Shown here piece by piece: positions 13,486 to 27,199 of a DNA stretch of 64,000 bases (positions within the stretch are counted from its first letter, which is position 1; each line of letters starts with the position of its first letter). The notes below the pieces were generated by a model that saw nothing but the letters and a program-made list of their open reading frames with translations, was not told the origin of the DNA and ran no database searches. The stretch lies in assembly GCF_009914755.1 (NCBI RefSeq), contig NC_060937.1; one strand, 5' to 3'. Source of the DNA: the human T2T-CHM13v2.0 reference genome, Homo sapiens. The position numbers and the translations under genes are program-made.

Positions 13486-15627
13486 TTATCATGAAAATTT
13501 TTTATTATTATTATTCTATCAGATGAAATATGTAAAATTCTGTAATCTGAATGATCCTGGGCCTCATTTGCTGTAGGTAGTAATGAAATATGTCAGTAAT
13601 TTTTTATGCCCAAACAGTCTTGCTATGTAAGACCACTTTACCCCATCGAAACTATCTGGTTGTCTAGAGATCCTTGGGGGTGATCTACAAGTGATCACAC
13701 ACAATCTTGCTTCATGTTGTTCCATTATGGTGGCTTTTACAGGTCTGCTGTCTTCACACTTTTGGAAAATTTCCCTTCCCTTTACCACTGCCACTGATGC
13801 AACTCCTGTGAGAAGGCTCGTTCTTGGAGAGCTCACTGATAACTGGGGCGAACTCCTCACAGAATTGAAGAGAATGTTCCCCTCACTCATTCTTCTGCAG
13901 TTTTCTGTCACCTCACCATAAAAACTCTCCCCTCAGCAGGAACCTTTGCCTTTTCTTCTCCGCCAGGTATCAGATCTGATTCTGTAGTCTAACTAGTGAA
14001 CTCATACTATTCTGTTCTCCTGATTCAATTTGGGATACTCTTGACCCTCCCTCAGCCAAAAAATAATAGACTCCAAGCCTTCACTTTGAGTCTGGGAATG
14101 GCCATGGCTTTGCCTTATACGCTCAGTTGGGCACTCTGCTGTGGGTTAACTTACAGATCTGAGGTTAATAGGAAAGCCATGGAGAATGCTAAATTTAGAC
14201 CTGACTGTGACCTGGCCTTCAGACTGGACTCAGTCATCTTGGTCATCCTGACTGGGAAAACTAATGACCAGTGGCAACCATGTAATACAGTGTCTGTCTG
14301 CTTGCCCATATTGTCAGAGGTGAAAAGACCTTGTGGTCCATTTTAAGAACTCTATGCAGAAAAAAATTTCTGTCCAGATGTTGTTTACAGTTAATGTAGA
14401 CATTTTAAAGAGTTCCTGAATACCAGTGTCTTCAATCCCTGAAAATAAAGATCAATAGATGTAATTTTGGATGTATACTTGGGAAGCTTGAAATAGCTCT
14501 GAGGTGAGTATGGGTCATTTTCTACTTTCATGCATTTAACTGCTTCTGTCATGATCCTGTCAGAGTTTGTACTGAAAACTGAGAGCCTTTCCAAGCTCCC
14601 TGTCCCATAGACTCTTATGCATCAGCCCATGACGTTGGTGCCTGGTAGGATCTTAGTTAATTTACAGAACAAAAGACATTGGTAAATTTGGATATCTAAA
14701 TGGATGCAGCTAGTGGGCATAAAAAATATTTCTTCATCTTAAAGCTCTTTATACACAAACTCATTGTGATACTTAATACTACCCTTGGATAAATCCCAAT
14801 ATTCTTCATTCTTGGATAATAATCACATTGATTTCTCTTATCAAAAGAATTTCCATTTGGAATAATGCCAGGGGATTTAATGAATATAATTTGTTCTTAA
14901 TGACTTTTCTAATTGCCTTCTTTTCTCTAACATTTTATCTATGTTCCAAGAAATTAAAAAGTTGTTTTATTCCATTTTATATCATTTTTTAATTGTAAAG
15001 TTATTAATTATAAAGCTTTTTATGGCAAAGATACATAAAACACAAGGCCTGAAAAAAATTAGAATAAACACAAACAGGAGGATTGGTTAGCTTACTAAGG
15101 TGGGGATGAGGACAATTTAAATTGGAGCATGGGCAAGAAATGAAAGAACCATATTATATCTGCTATGAAATGACTATAGTGTCAGCACCTAACAAACTAT
15201 ACTGAGTAAACATTAAATAAAATGTACTAAAATGGCAATTTCATGATCCAACATGTTTATGGAGCAGCAAAAAAAAAAAAAAAAAGAAAAAAGAAAGGAA
15301 GAAAAATTACCTCCAGCTATTTGGCACAATCTTAAATTAAAAGTGTAGGTTTATTTACAGAGCAAGCATTTATGAGTAAAAAAAATTAAGAGGAAAAAGT
15401 AAATATATTTTCTTCCAAATTGAACATAAAAAATTAATTTAAAATTAAATTAGATCTCTGTGTCAAGATAAATCTATTTATTTTTCTCTCAAAATTATAC
15501 TCTCATCCTGAACTTTTACTGACATTCACAGCTTTGCTTTTATTTTATTTCTTGCCATTCATCATCCTTATTCATTAAAAATTTCTCTACAATTTTAATA
15601 TGCTTAACTAGCCAAAGGCAGGGGCAT

Positions 15628-15830
15628 TCTAGCTGTGTTTCCCACACCTGGTTGAGTATCAGAATCATTGGAAAATTTGTTTTGTTGTGTTTTGTTTTTG
15701 ATACCAGTTTCCAGGGCCCCCACCTAATGTCTAAACTAGAATCTCCAAAGTTGGGGCATAGGACTCTGTATTTTTGTCACGTGGTCCCTAGAGATTTCTG
15801 ATTTATCAACTGTCATTTAAAAACCATTAT
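15628..15830. mobile_element. MER5A-like hAT-Charlie DNA transposon fossil
   Basis: tcagaatcattgga...ccagggccccacc...agaatctccaaagttggggcataggactctgtattttt...tttaaaaacca. Confidence 0.65.
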
Positions 15831-17389
15831 TCTTTGTGATTTTTTTAAAAGTCTACTGAATGAAGCCTAGTCATTTCTAATGATTTAAAATCCAACAAGA
15901 AAAAAAAACCTAACAACATATTTTTAAATAAACCTACTCTTCATTTCTACATTGTTTTCTAAGAAGATAAACATTCTTCCAGGCATTCAACCTTAGAATC
16001 TAGAACAAGTCTTAACTTTCCTCTGTGCATACAGGCAGCCCTTGCTCCTATTGATTCTGTTTTCCTAATGTCTTCCAAATTAATCTTTGCCTTTCTCTTT
16101 TGCACTACTACTGCTCTAACTCAATATGGCTTTGCTTTAAATCCTTAGTTGATTTCCCATTTCAGATGAGAAAAATCTATACACCTGAGCTTGGTAACTG
16201 TCCTTAGTATAATAACTTGTGGCCAATGCTTCTCATTAGCTGTATCTTTTACTATTCATGTCACCCCAACATGACACGCTGAGTTTCTTGTTTTTGTTTG
16301 TTTTCTTGTCTATATGTTTTCTAACCTCTGCATGGGAATTAGCATAAGAAACATTCCTGCATATGATGGGGGAAAATGTAATCTAGGAATTATTTAAATA
16401 AAATCGTAAGGCAGAGTAGATTTTTCCCAAGCATAGGAAGGAGAGTGAAGCAAGTCTATGTAAAGGTTCTGCCTCTCTTTATCATTTTTATACCACCAAC
16501 TTATGTAACTTTGAATCTGGTAGAGAATAACAGTATTTTCCATTATAAATTCTACCTAGTAACATTGAATATATGTAACACTAGAGATATTGCAGGTTAA
16601 ATCTGGTAAGTACACTTCCAGAAATCTATAAGGGTCACCTCTAATTTTGTGATTTGACATTGAAGCTTTTTCCACAAGGCAAAAATCTGTCATATCTCTG
16701 AGGAGCACAGTTGTTTCTTCAGTTATTGAATGGAATACTTCGTGTATTCTCTAATACTGACACCTTAATATTTCTAAATAAGTATAGTTCTTATTTACTC
16801 ATTGTGTTAGCAATTTCCACATAGCATAATTGAAAATAATTTATAAAGTATTTAACATATAATAACTTCTTCTGAACAGAAACCTATAGACTGAATGAGC
16901 CTTAATAAACAAAAAAGAAAGATAGGTAAGAAAGGGATAATATGGTGTCATTTTAAAACTCCTTCATTTTGAATCAGAGGTCCAGGGATGTAGGCAAGCT
17001 GTGACTGGTAACGTATTTTCCTTTTTTACTGATACATAATAGTTGTTTTTTAAGGCAAAATACTTGTCTCACCCCCTTTCTATAGGTCTGTAATCAATGG
17101 GACCTCTTCCCCTCTAGTCTCCTGTCCCTGTCAGGTCTATGCAGGTTTGTTTCAGATTCCCAACTGTAAAGTTCTGAGAAAGATGTTAGCACTGGTCTCT
17201 CTTATTTAATTATGGTAATAAGAGTATAAATGTTTATTTACCTCTTGCCTACTTCTTCAACTAAAGTAGTTCAAGAACTACTCAGATGTTCAAGGAGTAT
17301 AGTTTGTATCAATCAAGGAAACAAGTTCTGTCTTTGAAGAAAAAATAAGACTCTTGGCCTCTATACTGTCTAGTGCTCAATTAGTTGTA

Positions 17390-17950
17390 ATTGTTACCAT
17401 GTAATGAGGACATAGTGTGTCTCATGCACTTAATATAATCTCCTTTACCCCACTCCCTGACATCCTGTATTACAATATCCCATATTGTCCCAATTATACG
17501 TGGGGAAACTGGGCCAAATGCAAACAGAGCTGCTTGTCCAAGGCCAGAGTGTTCATAAATACAAAAACACTGAGAAAGGACTTTATTTCAAAGGACTTTA
17601 CTACAAAATCTTGCAGATCAATATGTTTAGCACATCATAATGGTTCAGCTTTCAAAAAGCTAATGTGATTTATATACTTTATAATATAGAACACTCCCAG
17701 TATAGTCTGGATACACTCTGTATTTAAATACATCAATAAATGAATATTTATAGTATATGGGGTACGTAAGAACTATACATAATCTCACATCAGTTCAGAT
17801 TTCATTTCTTCACCAAATGTGTTTTGGAAAAAAAAATTGTCTTTTTTATTGGGAAAATTTTAGATAAGAAGTTATGGACCTGAGATATACCCAGGATTTT
17901 CAACCAGTCTGTCAGATGTCACAGCCCAGAACGTCTATGGTGTGTTTTCT
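17390..17950 (-). mobile_element. MIR, split by MER46C
   Basis: MIR core-like tggggaaactggg...cttgtccaaggccagag; resumes as caggattttcaaccagtctgtcagatgtcacagccc. Confidence 0.55.
17595..17882 (-). mobile_element. MER46C-like TcMar-Tigger fossil
   Basis: aacactcccagtatagtctgg, ctcacatcagttcag, terminal gataagaagttatggacctg (TIR-like end). Confidence 0.75.
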
Positions 17951-19219
17951 GCCAGGTTACTCTTCCTAATTGTGATGTTCAATAGAGCTTTCATTTCCCA
18001 GCAGCTTAGCACTCTCAGGCAGTGTGTTTCCTGAAAATGGAGCTACTTCCTCTGACATTATAATATATTGCAAACAGATTGTTCTACAAATTATTTTTAA
18101 ATAGTCAATACAGTTTTCTTGTAAATACTAAATGAAATGGAAAATAACATTCCTGATATTGGCTAGATGTACCCAAGAGTTTTTGGACTTCCAATATATT
18201 TTTCATCAATAATAATTTATATTGACAGTTATATATTTAGTATTGTTCCAAAGTAATAGAATTTGTATTCTACCACCAATTTTTTATGGTTTCATATTGT
18301 TGCAACCTATGTAACTATTAACAATAATTTAACCTTAAGAATACTTTGAGGGTTTTATTGCATCCCTTGGGAAAACGCAGGGCTTTCTAGAGTCCCAGTG
18401 ATTAGGCCTCATAAACCCAAGTGTTGAAAATTACACTTTAGCATGTGTGGAGGATTTGTTTTTTGAAAGCCCTAAATGCATATTTTGTTTAACTTGGTCT
18501 CAAATTCTACTTTACTTCAATTACTACAGCATTTATCATTTCATCAATCATATTTATTAAGATTCCCTACCCTTAAAATATTCTCCAGTTGATCTCAAAT
18601 TGCTTTAATTTCAATCTTGAGTTTTTGGACCATTTCAGGGAAAATTAATACATCTTGATTAAGGACTCATTAAAATAAAATGAGAAAATAATCCTTGAGA
18701 GAACTAAGAAGGATTACTTATTGAAGTTCTGCTTATTTCCCTTGTTTATTCATCTTTGTGCTTGTGGCTCAGTCCATAGGAAGGAGCTTCTCTTTTATTC
18801 TTCGTGGAAATTACATTGTAGACAAATGATGTAGGAGTTGGAGCTTATAATATTATTTACTAATTCTAATTTTGCTTAATACATGTTTATGTGACCTTTA
18901 GTTTGTGTATTTACATATTAAACATGTTGGCTAAAATTATCACATATTAGATCCTAGTCATATGATCTTTTTCAGCACTCAGCTGGAACAACATAAACAT
19001 GGTTCCTTGCTGTTTATTCTGGTTATACATGTTCTGTTGTTACAGTTCTATATATAGTAGACATAAACTCACTTTCCATATTTAAGGAAAATATTTAAAA
19101 ATCATTGAGCCATCCAGTTGGTTTAAAATGTCCAGATATTTGGCCTCTTGCAGACAAGCAGCCTAATTAAATCTCTCTTTTTCACTCGGATGTTTATCAT
19201 TGTTTTGACAAAGTGTAAT

Positions 19220-19440
19220 AGAAAGAGAACTGGTCATAGTGTCAGGAGATTTGAAAATCCTCATTAACTCATTTGCAAACTGCATGATTCTGGGTCCATG
19301 AAATGGTATCTGAAGGTGTCTAGAGGATTACTGAAAATGAATAAGGAATACTCCAGGTATGTTCTTAAATCAAGTCCTTTGTCCCTTTGCCTCAATTGTT
19401 GCTGCTATAAAATAGGGAAACTAACACCTAAATTAAATAT
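19220..19440 (+). mobile_element. MIR-like fragment with an internal ~75-bp unrelated stretch
   Basis: gtcaggagatttgaaaatcc...tgcatgattctggg, then caagtcc...gcctcaattgttgctgctataaaataggg. Confidence 0.5.
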
Positions 19441-19573
19441 TCTTCTGAAGGTTTACCCTGACGAAATATGTAAAAGTACTCAATATAAAATATGTAATAA
19501 ATTTCCAGTAGGGACTTCTTGAATATTAATCTGAGTTTCAGTATTATCAGCTATCAAACAGGAAAAATGATTC

Positions 19574-19687
19574 TTTTTTTTTTTTTTTTTTTTGAGACGG
19601 AGTCTCGCTCTGTCGCCCAGGCTGGAGTGCAGTGGCACAATCTCGGCTCACTGCAAGCTCTGCCTCCTGAGTTCAAGCCATTCCTCC
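19574..19687 (-). mobile_element. 5'-truncated Alu right arm (AluY-like)
   Basis: Long T run then gagacggagtctcgctctgtcgcccagg...gcaagctc...gccattc. Confidence 0.9.
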
Positions 19688-21894
19688 TTCTTGAATGCCT
19701 CCCAAGTAGATTCTTACCTGATGCTGCCACATATCCTGCTTAGCATTATGTCTGTTTTCTTTCTTTTCGTATTCCCTTCCCAGGTCTATATGAGGATTAA
19801 ATAGTATTCTTTTTGCAAAAGTTTTTAATAAAGATGTAAAAATCTATCAAAATGAAAAATTTACAAACGTATTTTATAGCTTAAAATCTTCTTTTTCTAT
19901 TTCTGCCCTTTGGTCACTCTTTCTCTTTGTTTTCCAAATTTGAAACAGCTTTATGTGTAGCAGGTGGCTGTTAGACTATATAATTTGAGGGATGCAAGAT
20001 ATGACCTATTAAGCAAAAGTATTTTTCATGACACTTAGTCTCAAATTGCAAATTTAGAAACTCATTGTTTAGTTATTATATAGCCTCCAATTATTAAAAT
20101 GCAAGTACTACTGGAGAGGTAATGTTTTAGAATTTTATGTTTTAGGGTTAACAATACCAAACTGGATTAGTTTAGAGCTACTTGAGAATATTTACAATTT
20201 AGGAGGCAGGGGAAAGGGCGCTTATGGAGAAGTGGGCGGGCCCCAAGATAAACTTAATTATCATGAGCTATGGAACAATAACTTATTTTTTATAGTATCT
20301 TTTTTTGATATTTGAAAAATTGCTTAGCAATTGTTTGGGGGAGGTTTGCTTTTTAGTCAATTTCCAGATAGTGGTTTGACCAAGAAAGAATTTTCATTAG
20401 GATATCTTATATTTGCTAAAAACTATCCAAATTGATATAATTTTAAATTTCATCCAAGCATATGTTTTCTACCTACTCTGTTCAGATGAATGACATTTTT
20501 TGAACCTAAATGTGCCACCCACTTAATAACAAATGTTATTTTGGGGATGATACAGTACTAACTCTGTCCTAATTAACAGATGAAGGCCATCGGATTCCCA
20601 GTTTTTGTACCATAAAGTAAATACATTCAATGCAATTTTAATGACTCTTCTGAGATTTGTGATCCTAATATTTTTCAGAATCTATGTCAAGTACCATGTA
20701 CCATAGTGCATTCTGCACCAGGTTAGGAATTAGAAGACCCAATTTCTGATATTTGTTCTAATAATATATTCATTTTTTCAACTTGGACAAATCAATTTAT
20801 CTCTCTAGGCTCAATATGCACTGCAATTTAACTAAATGCTTTATGTAGGAATTTTCTATGCAAAGATATTTTGAAAAACATAAATCACTGTGTAAAAGCA
20901 CAATATTCTTACTTTTATTAGTGTTTAGATGTTTATTATCAGTTTGTCCATGACTTACCTTGGTTTATCTTGTTATTTAAAATGCTTGCTTTATCAAAAC
21001 TGCTCATTTGCTTACCAGCTTGCTTTCCCCTCCACTGCCCAAATGGTTGAAATAATTCCTGTAACTTGATGACTCTCAGGGAGTTCTGTATAACTCACCC
21101 TTCTGATTTTAACACAGGGCTTGAAAGTGATGGACAGAAAGTTTATTCAGGCTGAGATTTTCTGTTTACAGTACCCAGTAATTATATCAAGCATTGCATA
21201 ACCCTGAGACTGATGAAGTGCACCTACACAGGACTGAGGTCTTCGGCCATTATTCAGGCAAGGCTGTGACCAGAATTGACCCATCTTTATGGATAGGAGT
21301 CTACACCTGAAAAGTAGCATTTGAGCTTCCAGAAAGTCTAAGGTGGCATTCACTGACTCATATGTCATCCTGTGCTCCTGTGTGCCCTCTCCAGAGGCTC
21401 CAAGAGTCCTGACACTTACACCTTCTCTTACTCAAAGAAGGTTGCTGATTTGATTATGCTGACATTCTTCTACATCTTACAGATAAATAAATCATCTTGG
21501 ATTTTCTAAAATGGTGTCTGTGTCATATTTGTTCAACAAATGAAGACTAACATTGGCAATTGTCAATTTGATGATTGAATTAGTTTGACCCTTTAAATAA
21601 AATAACTGTATTTAAAAAAAAATTAAATTCCCATCAATTTCCTTAAGTATTTTATCAAACACAAATTATTTTCTCTAAACACAGTTTGCTTTTCCATCTT
21701 TAACTGATCATGTAACCAGACTAATGGGCTGGCGCTGATACTGCCATTCTGTCTCTCTTTTAATTTTTTTTTTTTTTTTGACAAGCCAGTCCCTGGACAC
21801 ATTTGTCATATTTGTGAAATCCTTTACATTCAGGCAGAATTCATCTTCCATGAAATTTAAAATTGCCAGATAATCATTTCTCTAGATATGAAAC

Positions 21895-22275
21895 TGTGAT
21901 CCTCTCCATCAATTAAGTACATCCACTCCACATTTTGAATTGTGAATTAGTGACATAAAGAAGCAAACATGAAATTTTCATTTGGTTGAGGCAGCAGCAA
22001 CTATATCCAATACCCACAGTTAGTTGTGGCATTAGCTCTAGAAGTAGCTCTCTGTGTCCAGTATTGGCAGAAGCAGCAGAAACCTGTGGCCTCTGCCCAC
22101 TGGCTCTGGAAGAGTTTTCTTCCCAAAACCAGTTTTGTTTTGATTTGGTGAATTGTTCCTAACTGGGTATCCTCCAAGACATTTTATAAATGGAAAGATT
22201 TACCTAATATGTTTAAAATAGTATCCCTTTATATATAAATTACCTAAACTCAGTTTCTTTTGCTAAATACTTAAT
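21895..22275 (+). mobile_element. Old ERVL LTR (LTR33-like)
   Basis: gaggcagcagcaac, accagttttgtttgatttgg, gttcct...cctaatatg...ccctt...gtttctttgc; highly degenerate. Confidence 0.45.
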
Positions 22276-22603
22276 CTTAAATATGTACGATTTTCTCCAA
22301 TATCCTCCTGAAGTCTAGTGCCTATAAAGTTTCATGCTGTCTTGATATGCCCTGTTGATTGTGGTTAAATTTACTCTCACTCAATAGTCTTTACTGGCTT
22401 AAATTCTCATTACCTCCCTCTGCTTGGCTGCTGCTCCATATGAGAGAGGAAAGATTTTAAAATATGTCTACATTTTAACTGTTGTATTATTTTCTTTATG
22501 GTTGCAGAGAAAGCTATCGAAATCCCATTTGATTGCTACATTTCCAGCCTCTTCTGCAGTTAGGTGTGAGAAGTTCCTAAATTCTCTCTAATTAAATATG
22601 CAT

Positions 22604-22952
22604 ATAATGAAATCATGTTCTTTGCAGCAACATGGATGGAGCTGGAGGCAATTTTCCTATGCAAATTAATTCAGGAACAGAAAACCAAATACTGCATGTT
22701 CTCACTTATAAGTGGGAGCTAAACATTAAATATATATGGACACAAATGAGGGAACAATCGATACTAGAGTTTACTTGAAGGTGGAGGGTGAGGTTTGAAA
22801 AACTACCTATCAGGTACTATGCTCATTACCTGGGTGACAAAATTAGCTGTACACAAAACCTTCGTGACATACAATTTATCCATGTAACATACCTGCACAT
22901 TTACTCCTGGACCTAAAATTAAACTTGGAAAGAAAAAAAAAAACAGAAAAAA
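22604..22952 (+). mobile_element. L1PA15/16-type 3' end with A tail
   Basis: gaaatcatgttctttgcagcaacatggatggagctggagg...actacctatcaggtactatgctcattacctgggtgac...A-rich tail. Confidence 0.92.
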
Positions 22953-23130
22953 ATAGATATATAAGTATTCAATAACATGTGAATGGAAATGACAAAACAC
23001 TCTCACATGAGCTCTTTATCTTTTCTGTTCATCACAAGGCTGTTTGCCTTTTCTGTTGACCTTCCAAGATGACCTCAGAAGTCTTATATTAAAGATGGTA
23101 GAATGGCTGTTAATCTGTTTCACTGGCTAT

Positions 23131-23600
23131 CGACCAGGGCCTTGAAGTTACCCTCAGTTTGACTAAATTTTATACAGGTTTTTTCTTAACTTAAGGCTCC
23201 TGGCCTCCCTTTTCTTAAAGCATTTACTTTAGAAAACTTATAAATTATTTATCTGTCCCTTTGAGATGTAAATCTTTTTAATAGCTTCTTGCAGTTTTTC
23301 TCAGGGACCTGGGGGCCATCCCCTTGAAATGCAATCATCAAAATAAATAGAGCCACTTTGTCTCAGTTTCTATGAGAGAATAGGAACTTAATGCCAGTCC
23401 TTCCAGAGAAATAGCTGGGTACCTTGCTCCAAGTTGTAAAACTAACTATCTCCTGTGATGAAGATAAGAGAAAGTTCACTTTTCCTTTGAGTAAAGCCAA
23501 TTAGCAAAAGCAGATGGCCTGTGATCTCTCCCTTGCCCCAGTTCTTAAAACACTGTTTGTTTCAGAGAAGCTGAGTCCAGACTGCTTCTGTCTCTCTCCA
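23131..23600 (+). mobile_element. ERV1 MER4-group solo LTR (MER67/MER89-like)
   Basis: ccctcagtttgactaaattt, gcatttactttagaaaactt, ccctttgagatgtaaatct, gccatccccttgaaatgcaatcatcaa; exact name uncertain. Confidence 0.65.
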
Positions 23601-23777
23601 CACAGCCAGGAAGGCTTCTTATTGCCTCCAATCCCCACCAGGACGGTTAAGTACAAAGAAATAAACTTCTAATGTTATTAAGACACTAAAATTTTGGAGT
23701 TTACTGAAGGTTAGAAGTTAGCAAGCCCTGACTATTGTAATGATACTGACAACTTAAAATAAGGTACAGTTCTAATT

Positions 23778-23832
23778 TTAGATAGATAGGTAGGTAGGTA
23801 CATAGATAGATAGATAATAGATAGATAGAGAT
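23778..23832. repeat. (TAGA/TAGG)n tetranucleotide repeat
   Basis: Read directly from the sequence. Confidence 0.85.
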
Positions 23833-24557
23833 ATCAGGCTGAAATTCTAATGACTGATATCATGCTGTGACAAAATATAATACTTGGTAAAATTGTGCTA
23901 GAGATAACTAGGAAGTCAGTCTTCTCCTCAAGAGTGTAACTCTAGGAAGGAGGCTGGAAAAACTCAGGAGGTTATTGTGCACATCACATATTGGCAACTT
24001 GTAACTTTTGGCAGGGTGTTGTTAAAAAGGTAGATTTGGGCAAGAATTGGCTGGTTTTCATTCAGAGATTCAAGAGAATGAAACATTCTTGAGGCTAAGA
24101 GCCATAAATCATTGGGAAAACCATTGACTAGTAGACCCCAAATGCTAAGAGAGAAAAGTGAAAAATGCTTTCAGGAACAAAGGTGCCTTAAGAACTCTTA
24201 GTTTAAAATGGGGACTGAATTCTGTAGCAAGCATAGGAATAAGTAATAATAAACATGTTGCTTTCATTCCCAAACCTCAGACAACTTCAGGGTAGTCATA
24301 GTTGAATAAATTGAGAGAGAATGAGAAAAAGAGACAGAAAGAGAGAGAGAGAGAGACCAATGGACCAAAAAGTAGAACTGATTCTAAACAAGGAATCTGC
24401 CCTGTTGCCAGGAAAGGGCTTCAGTACAGTGAATCCTGTAAGAGTCCATTTGTGGTTAAGTGTCCACTAATTATTAAGTTTTCCTGATTTTCTTTTTTCA
24501 GAATGAGAGTATTTACTGCTCTTATCTTTATTTCACCCATTGTTTTACACATGTTAC

Positions 24558-24918
24558 TGCATTAGCCCATTTTCATGCTGCATATAAAGACATAGCCAAC
24601 ACTGGATAATTTATAAAGAAAAAGAGGTTTAATGGACCCACAGTTCCACGTGGCTGGGGAAGCTTCATAATCATGGAGGAAGGTGAAAGCCACAACTTAC
24701 ATGGTGGCGGCACGAGAGAATGAGAACCAAGCAAAAGGGGTTTCTGCTCATAAAACCATCATATCTCGTGAGACTTATTCACCACCACAAGAACAGTATG
24801 GGAGAAACCACCCCAATGATTCAGTTATCTCCCACTGGGTCCCTCCTACAACATGTGGGAACTATGGAAGCTACAATTCAAGATGAGATTTGGGTGGGAA
24901 CACAGCTAAACCATATCA
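24558..24918 (-). mobile_element. THE1 (THE1B-like) solo LTR
   Basis: TG...CA ends; perfect 5-bp TSD GTTAC at 24553-24557 and 24919-24923; gagaatgagaaccaagcaaaaggggtttc. Confidence 0.95.
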
Positions 24919-25559
24919 GTTACGCATGGTGGGGAAGCAAAAAGGAACCATGAACAGATCTGATGAAGAAGGTTCTGAATCACTCAGAGACTCTAGAATT
25001 GAATATGGACACAAGTACTAGATGGAACTTTGGCTAGTCTCCTTTGGGAAGGAACTGGTTATGTTCATTTTATGGGCAGAAAGGTTCACGTAGACAGAAA
25101 GGTTCTGACGTGGCAGACAACTAGCTGTTCATCAAAACCATATTCCTCTTTTCTTTGGGCATACAGCAGACTCCCAGGTGTATACGAAAGGTGTTCCACT
25201 TCACAATGGGTAAGAGTAACTTAGCCCATTAAATATCCTTCAAAATAGCATCTTTGTGCTTTTCAACTCCTTCCACTTTAGGTAGTGTGGATGCCTGAAT
25301 TTCTGGTGAAGCAGGAATTGAATACAGTAGAGCTGCTGTGAGTATGGATCCTGAATAGTTGTATGTAGCAGAGCTGTTCTGTTAACTCTGCACCCACTCT
25401 TGATTAATATATCAGTAAGAAATAAATATTATGTTATACTACTGCAATATTTAGATTACATGCTTCTAGAGCCAGCCCTCCCTTAACCAATATACCTATA
25501 ATGACTATTTTTCTATGTAGTGAATGAGGATTTTACATAGAAATAAGCGGCTTTTTATA

Positions 25560-25740
25560 TTCAAACCATTTTACTCACATTTTCTTACTTAATCCTCATA
25601 GCAAGTTTAAGAGAGGAAGATCTCTATTTTTGCAATGAATACATTAAAACTAAGAGAGCTTTTATTGCAGGACCAGAAAATGGCAGACCTAGAGGTGAAC
25701 TGAGATTTTAGAATTCATGATGCTTTTGGTACTGCTCTGA
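25560..25740 (-). mobile_element. MIR fragment
   Basis: cttaatcctcatagcaag...aaatggcagacctag...; degenerate. Confidence 0.5.
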
Positions 25741-27199
25741 ACAAACATAGCTGTGGTTGATTGTACAAGAAAAGAGTACATTCAAATCAAAAGTGAAAGA
25801 AATTCCATTTTTCCATTTTTTCAAAAGTATCAGTGTCTTGCACCACTTTATTCCTGTACAATGTGTCATTTACTCATACTAATGATACTTTTCTGTATGA
25901 TTGACTTTCACAACATTCATTTAGATGATTTACAATTTTTAACTTATTAAGCAAAGTAATACCCCCATTTTCATGTATTGCACTGGGATTCCCCCCACCT
26001 GAAATGATCCTAATAGTGACGCTTCTTACCTGTAAGCAATTATGCTTTTATATAGTAGCTTGTGATAGTCAACAGAGTTGGCCAATTCATCAAAGAAGAA
26101 AAGGAAACAACAGCACAGTCAATACAGTACATGCATTTTTTTAAGCGACTACTTCAGTGAAGCCAGGAATTCATGTGATGCTGATATACTTTGTGTGTGA
26201 TGGGGAACTGTAAGCCACAAATCTGTGCCTACTCAAGCATTTGCCTAGTGTGCTGTTCAGCCAAAGTTTGTGATTATACCTCATTGAAACTTCACCCATT
26301 GGATTTGTCTTTTCGGAAATGGCTACATTTTAACTCCCAAGGCTCCATTTTAATTAAAGCCAAGTTTCCTTTCCCCCAGTACTCCTCTGCTCTTCATCGG
26401 TATTTCACTATTTTATGGAATGCATTTAATATTATTCCATGCTTTGCTTACCCAGTTTGAATTCTTTTTGAATAATTTCAGAAGCAAAGTTCATAACTGG
26501 CCATTTTCAAGCCTTTCACGTTTAGGCAGGATGTTTTCTGAGACACGTGTAACTGCCAATAACAGCTAAAAATGGGTGAACTAAAATTAGAGTTAGTTTG
26601 ATTTAAGATTCAGTAGTGTTTAACATATAAAATAGAAAAATACTATTCAGGTGAGCCCCTCCTATGTACTTGTCTGTACATGATATCTAGAAGTCATATA
26701 ATGGGACTAACATAATATATTGTATTTTAGAAAGCACATATGCTAATTTTTAAAAGAAGCATAGAACAGCTTAATTATATATAAATAATTGGTGAGCATT
26801 ATTTCAAAGATAACAGTATTCCAAAAATATCTTAGGACATATAAACGTTACTATTCTTGTTTTTCATTGTATAATCTAGTAGTAATTGGGTTTCTACGAT
26901 ATGCAAGTCACTGTTCCCAAAAACATTTTCTTTATACACAAAAAACATAAAACAGTTAAGATGCCTCTGATTTTAAACTAACAAAGAAGTCCAGATCAAA
27001 CTAGATCAAACTGTAAAGGTAATTTACAATTACCTTTACTGAAAAGTCCAGTTGGGTCAAAAAGAACCCTGGCCTTGTTTTTATAGGGTTCTCTAGACTC
27101 TATTTTTGTGCTGATTTCAACTTTGCACTAGCTTTGTAAGATACCTTTAAGCAACAGCTAGCACTCTCATCTCCTTAGCCACTTGGGGAAAAAGAGACA

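Larger units (their letters stand above)
22500..25494 (+). mobile_element. Degenerate MLT1 (H/I/J-type) MaLR: 5' LTR pieces 22500-23735, internal sequence ~23740-25105, 3' LTR ~25109-25494; interrupted by L1PA, an ERV1 LTR and THE1
   Basis: gctacatttccagcctcttctgcagttagg; aagaaataaacttctaatgttattaagacactaaaattttggag; MLT-int-like aagaattggctggttt; second LTR tggcagacaactagctgttcatcaaaacc...aagaaataaat...ccttaaccaatata. Confidence 0.6.

Noticed and set aside
15269-15306. Orphan poly-A run as a possible retrocopy tail
   Set aside because: No clear TSD and no recognisable upstream element or mRNA
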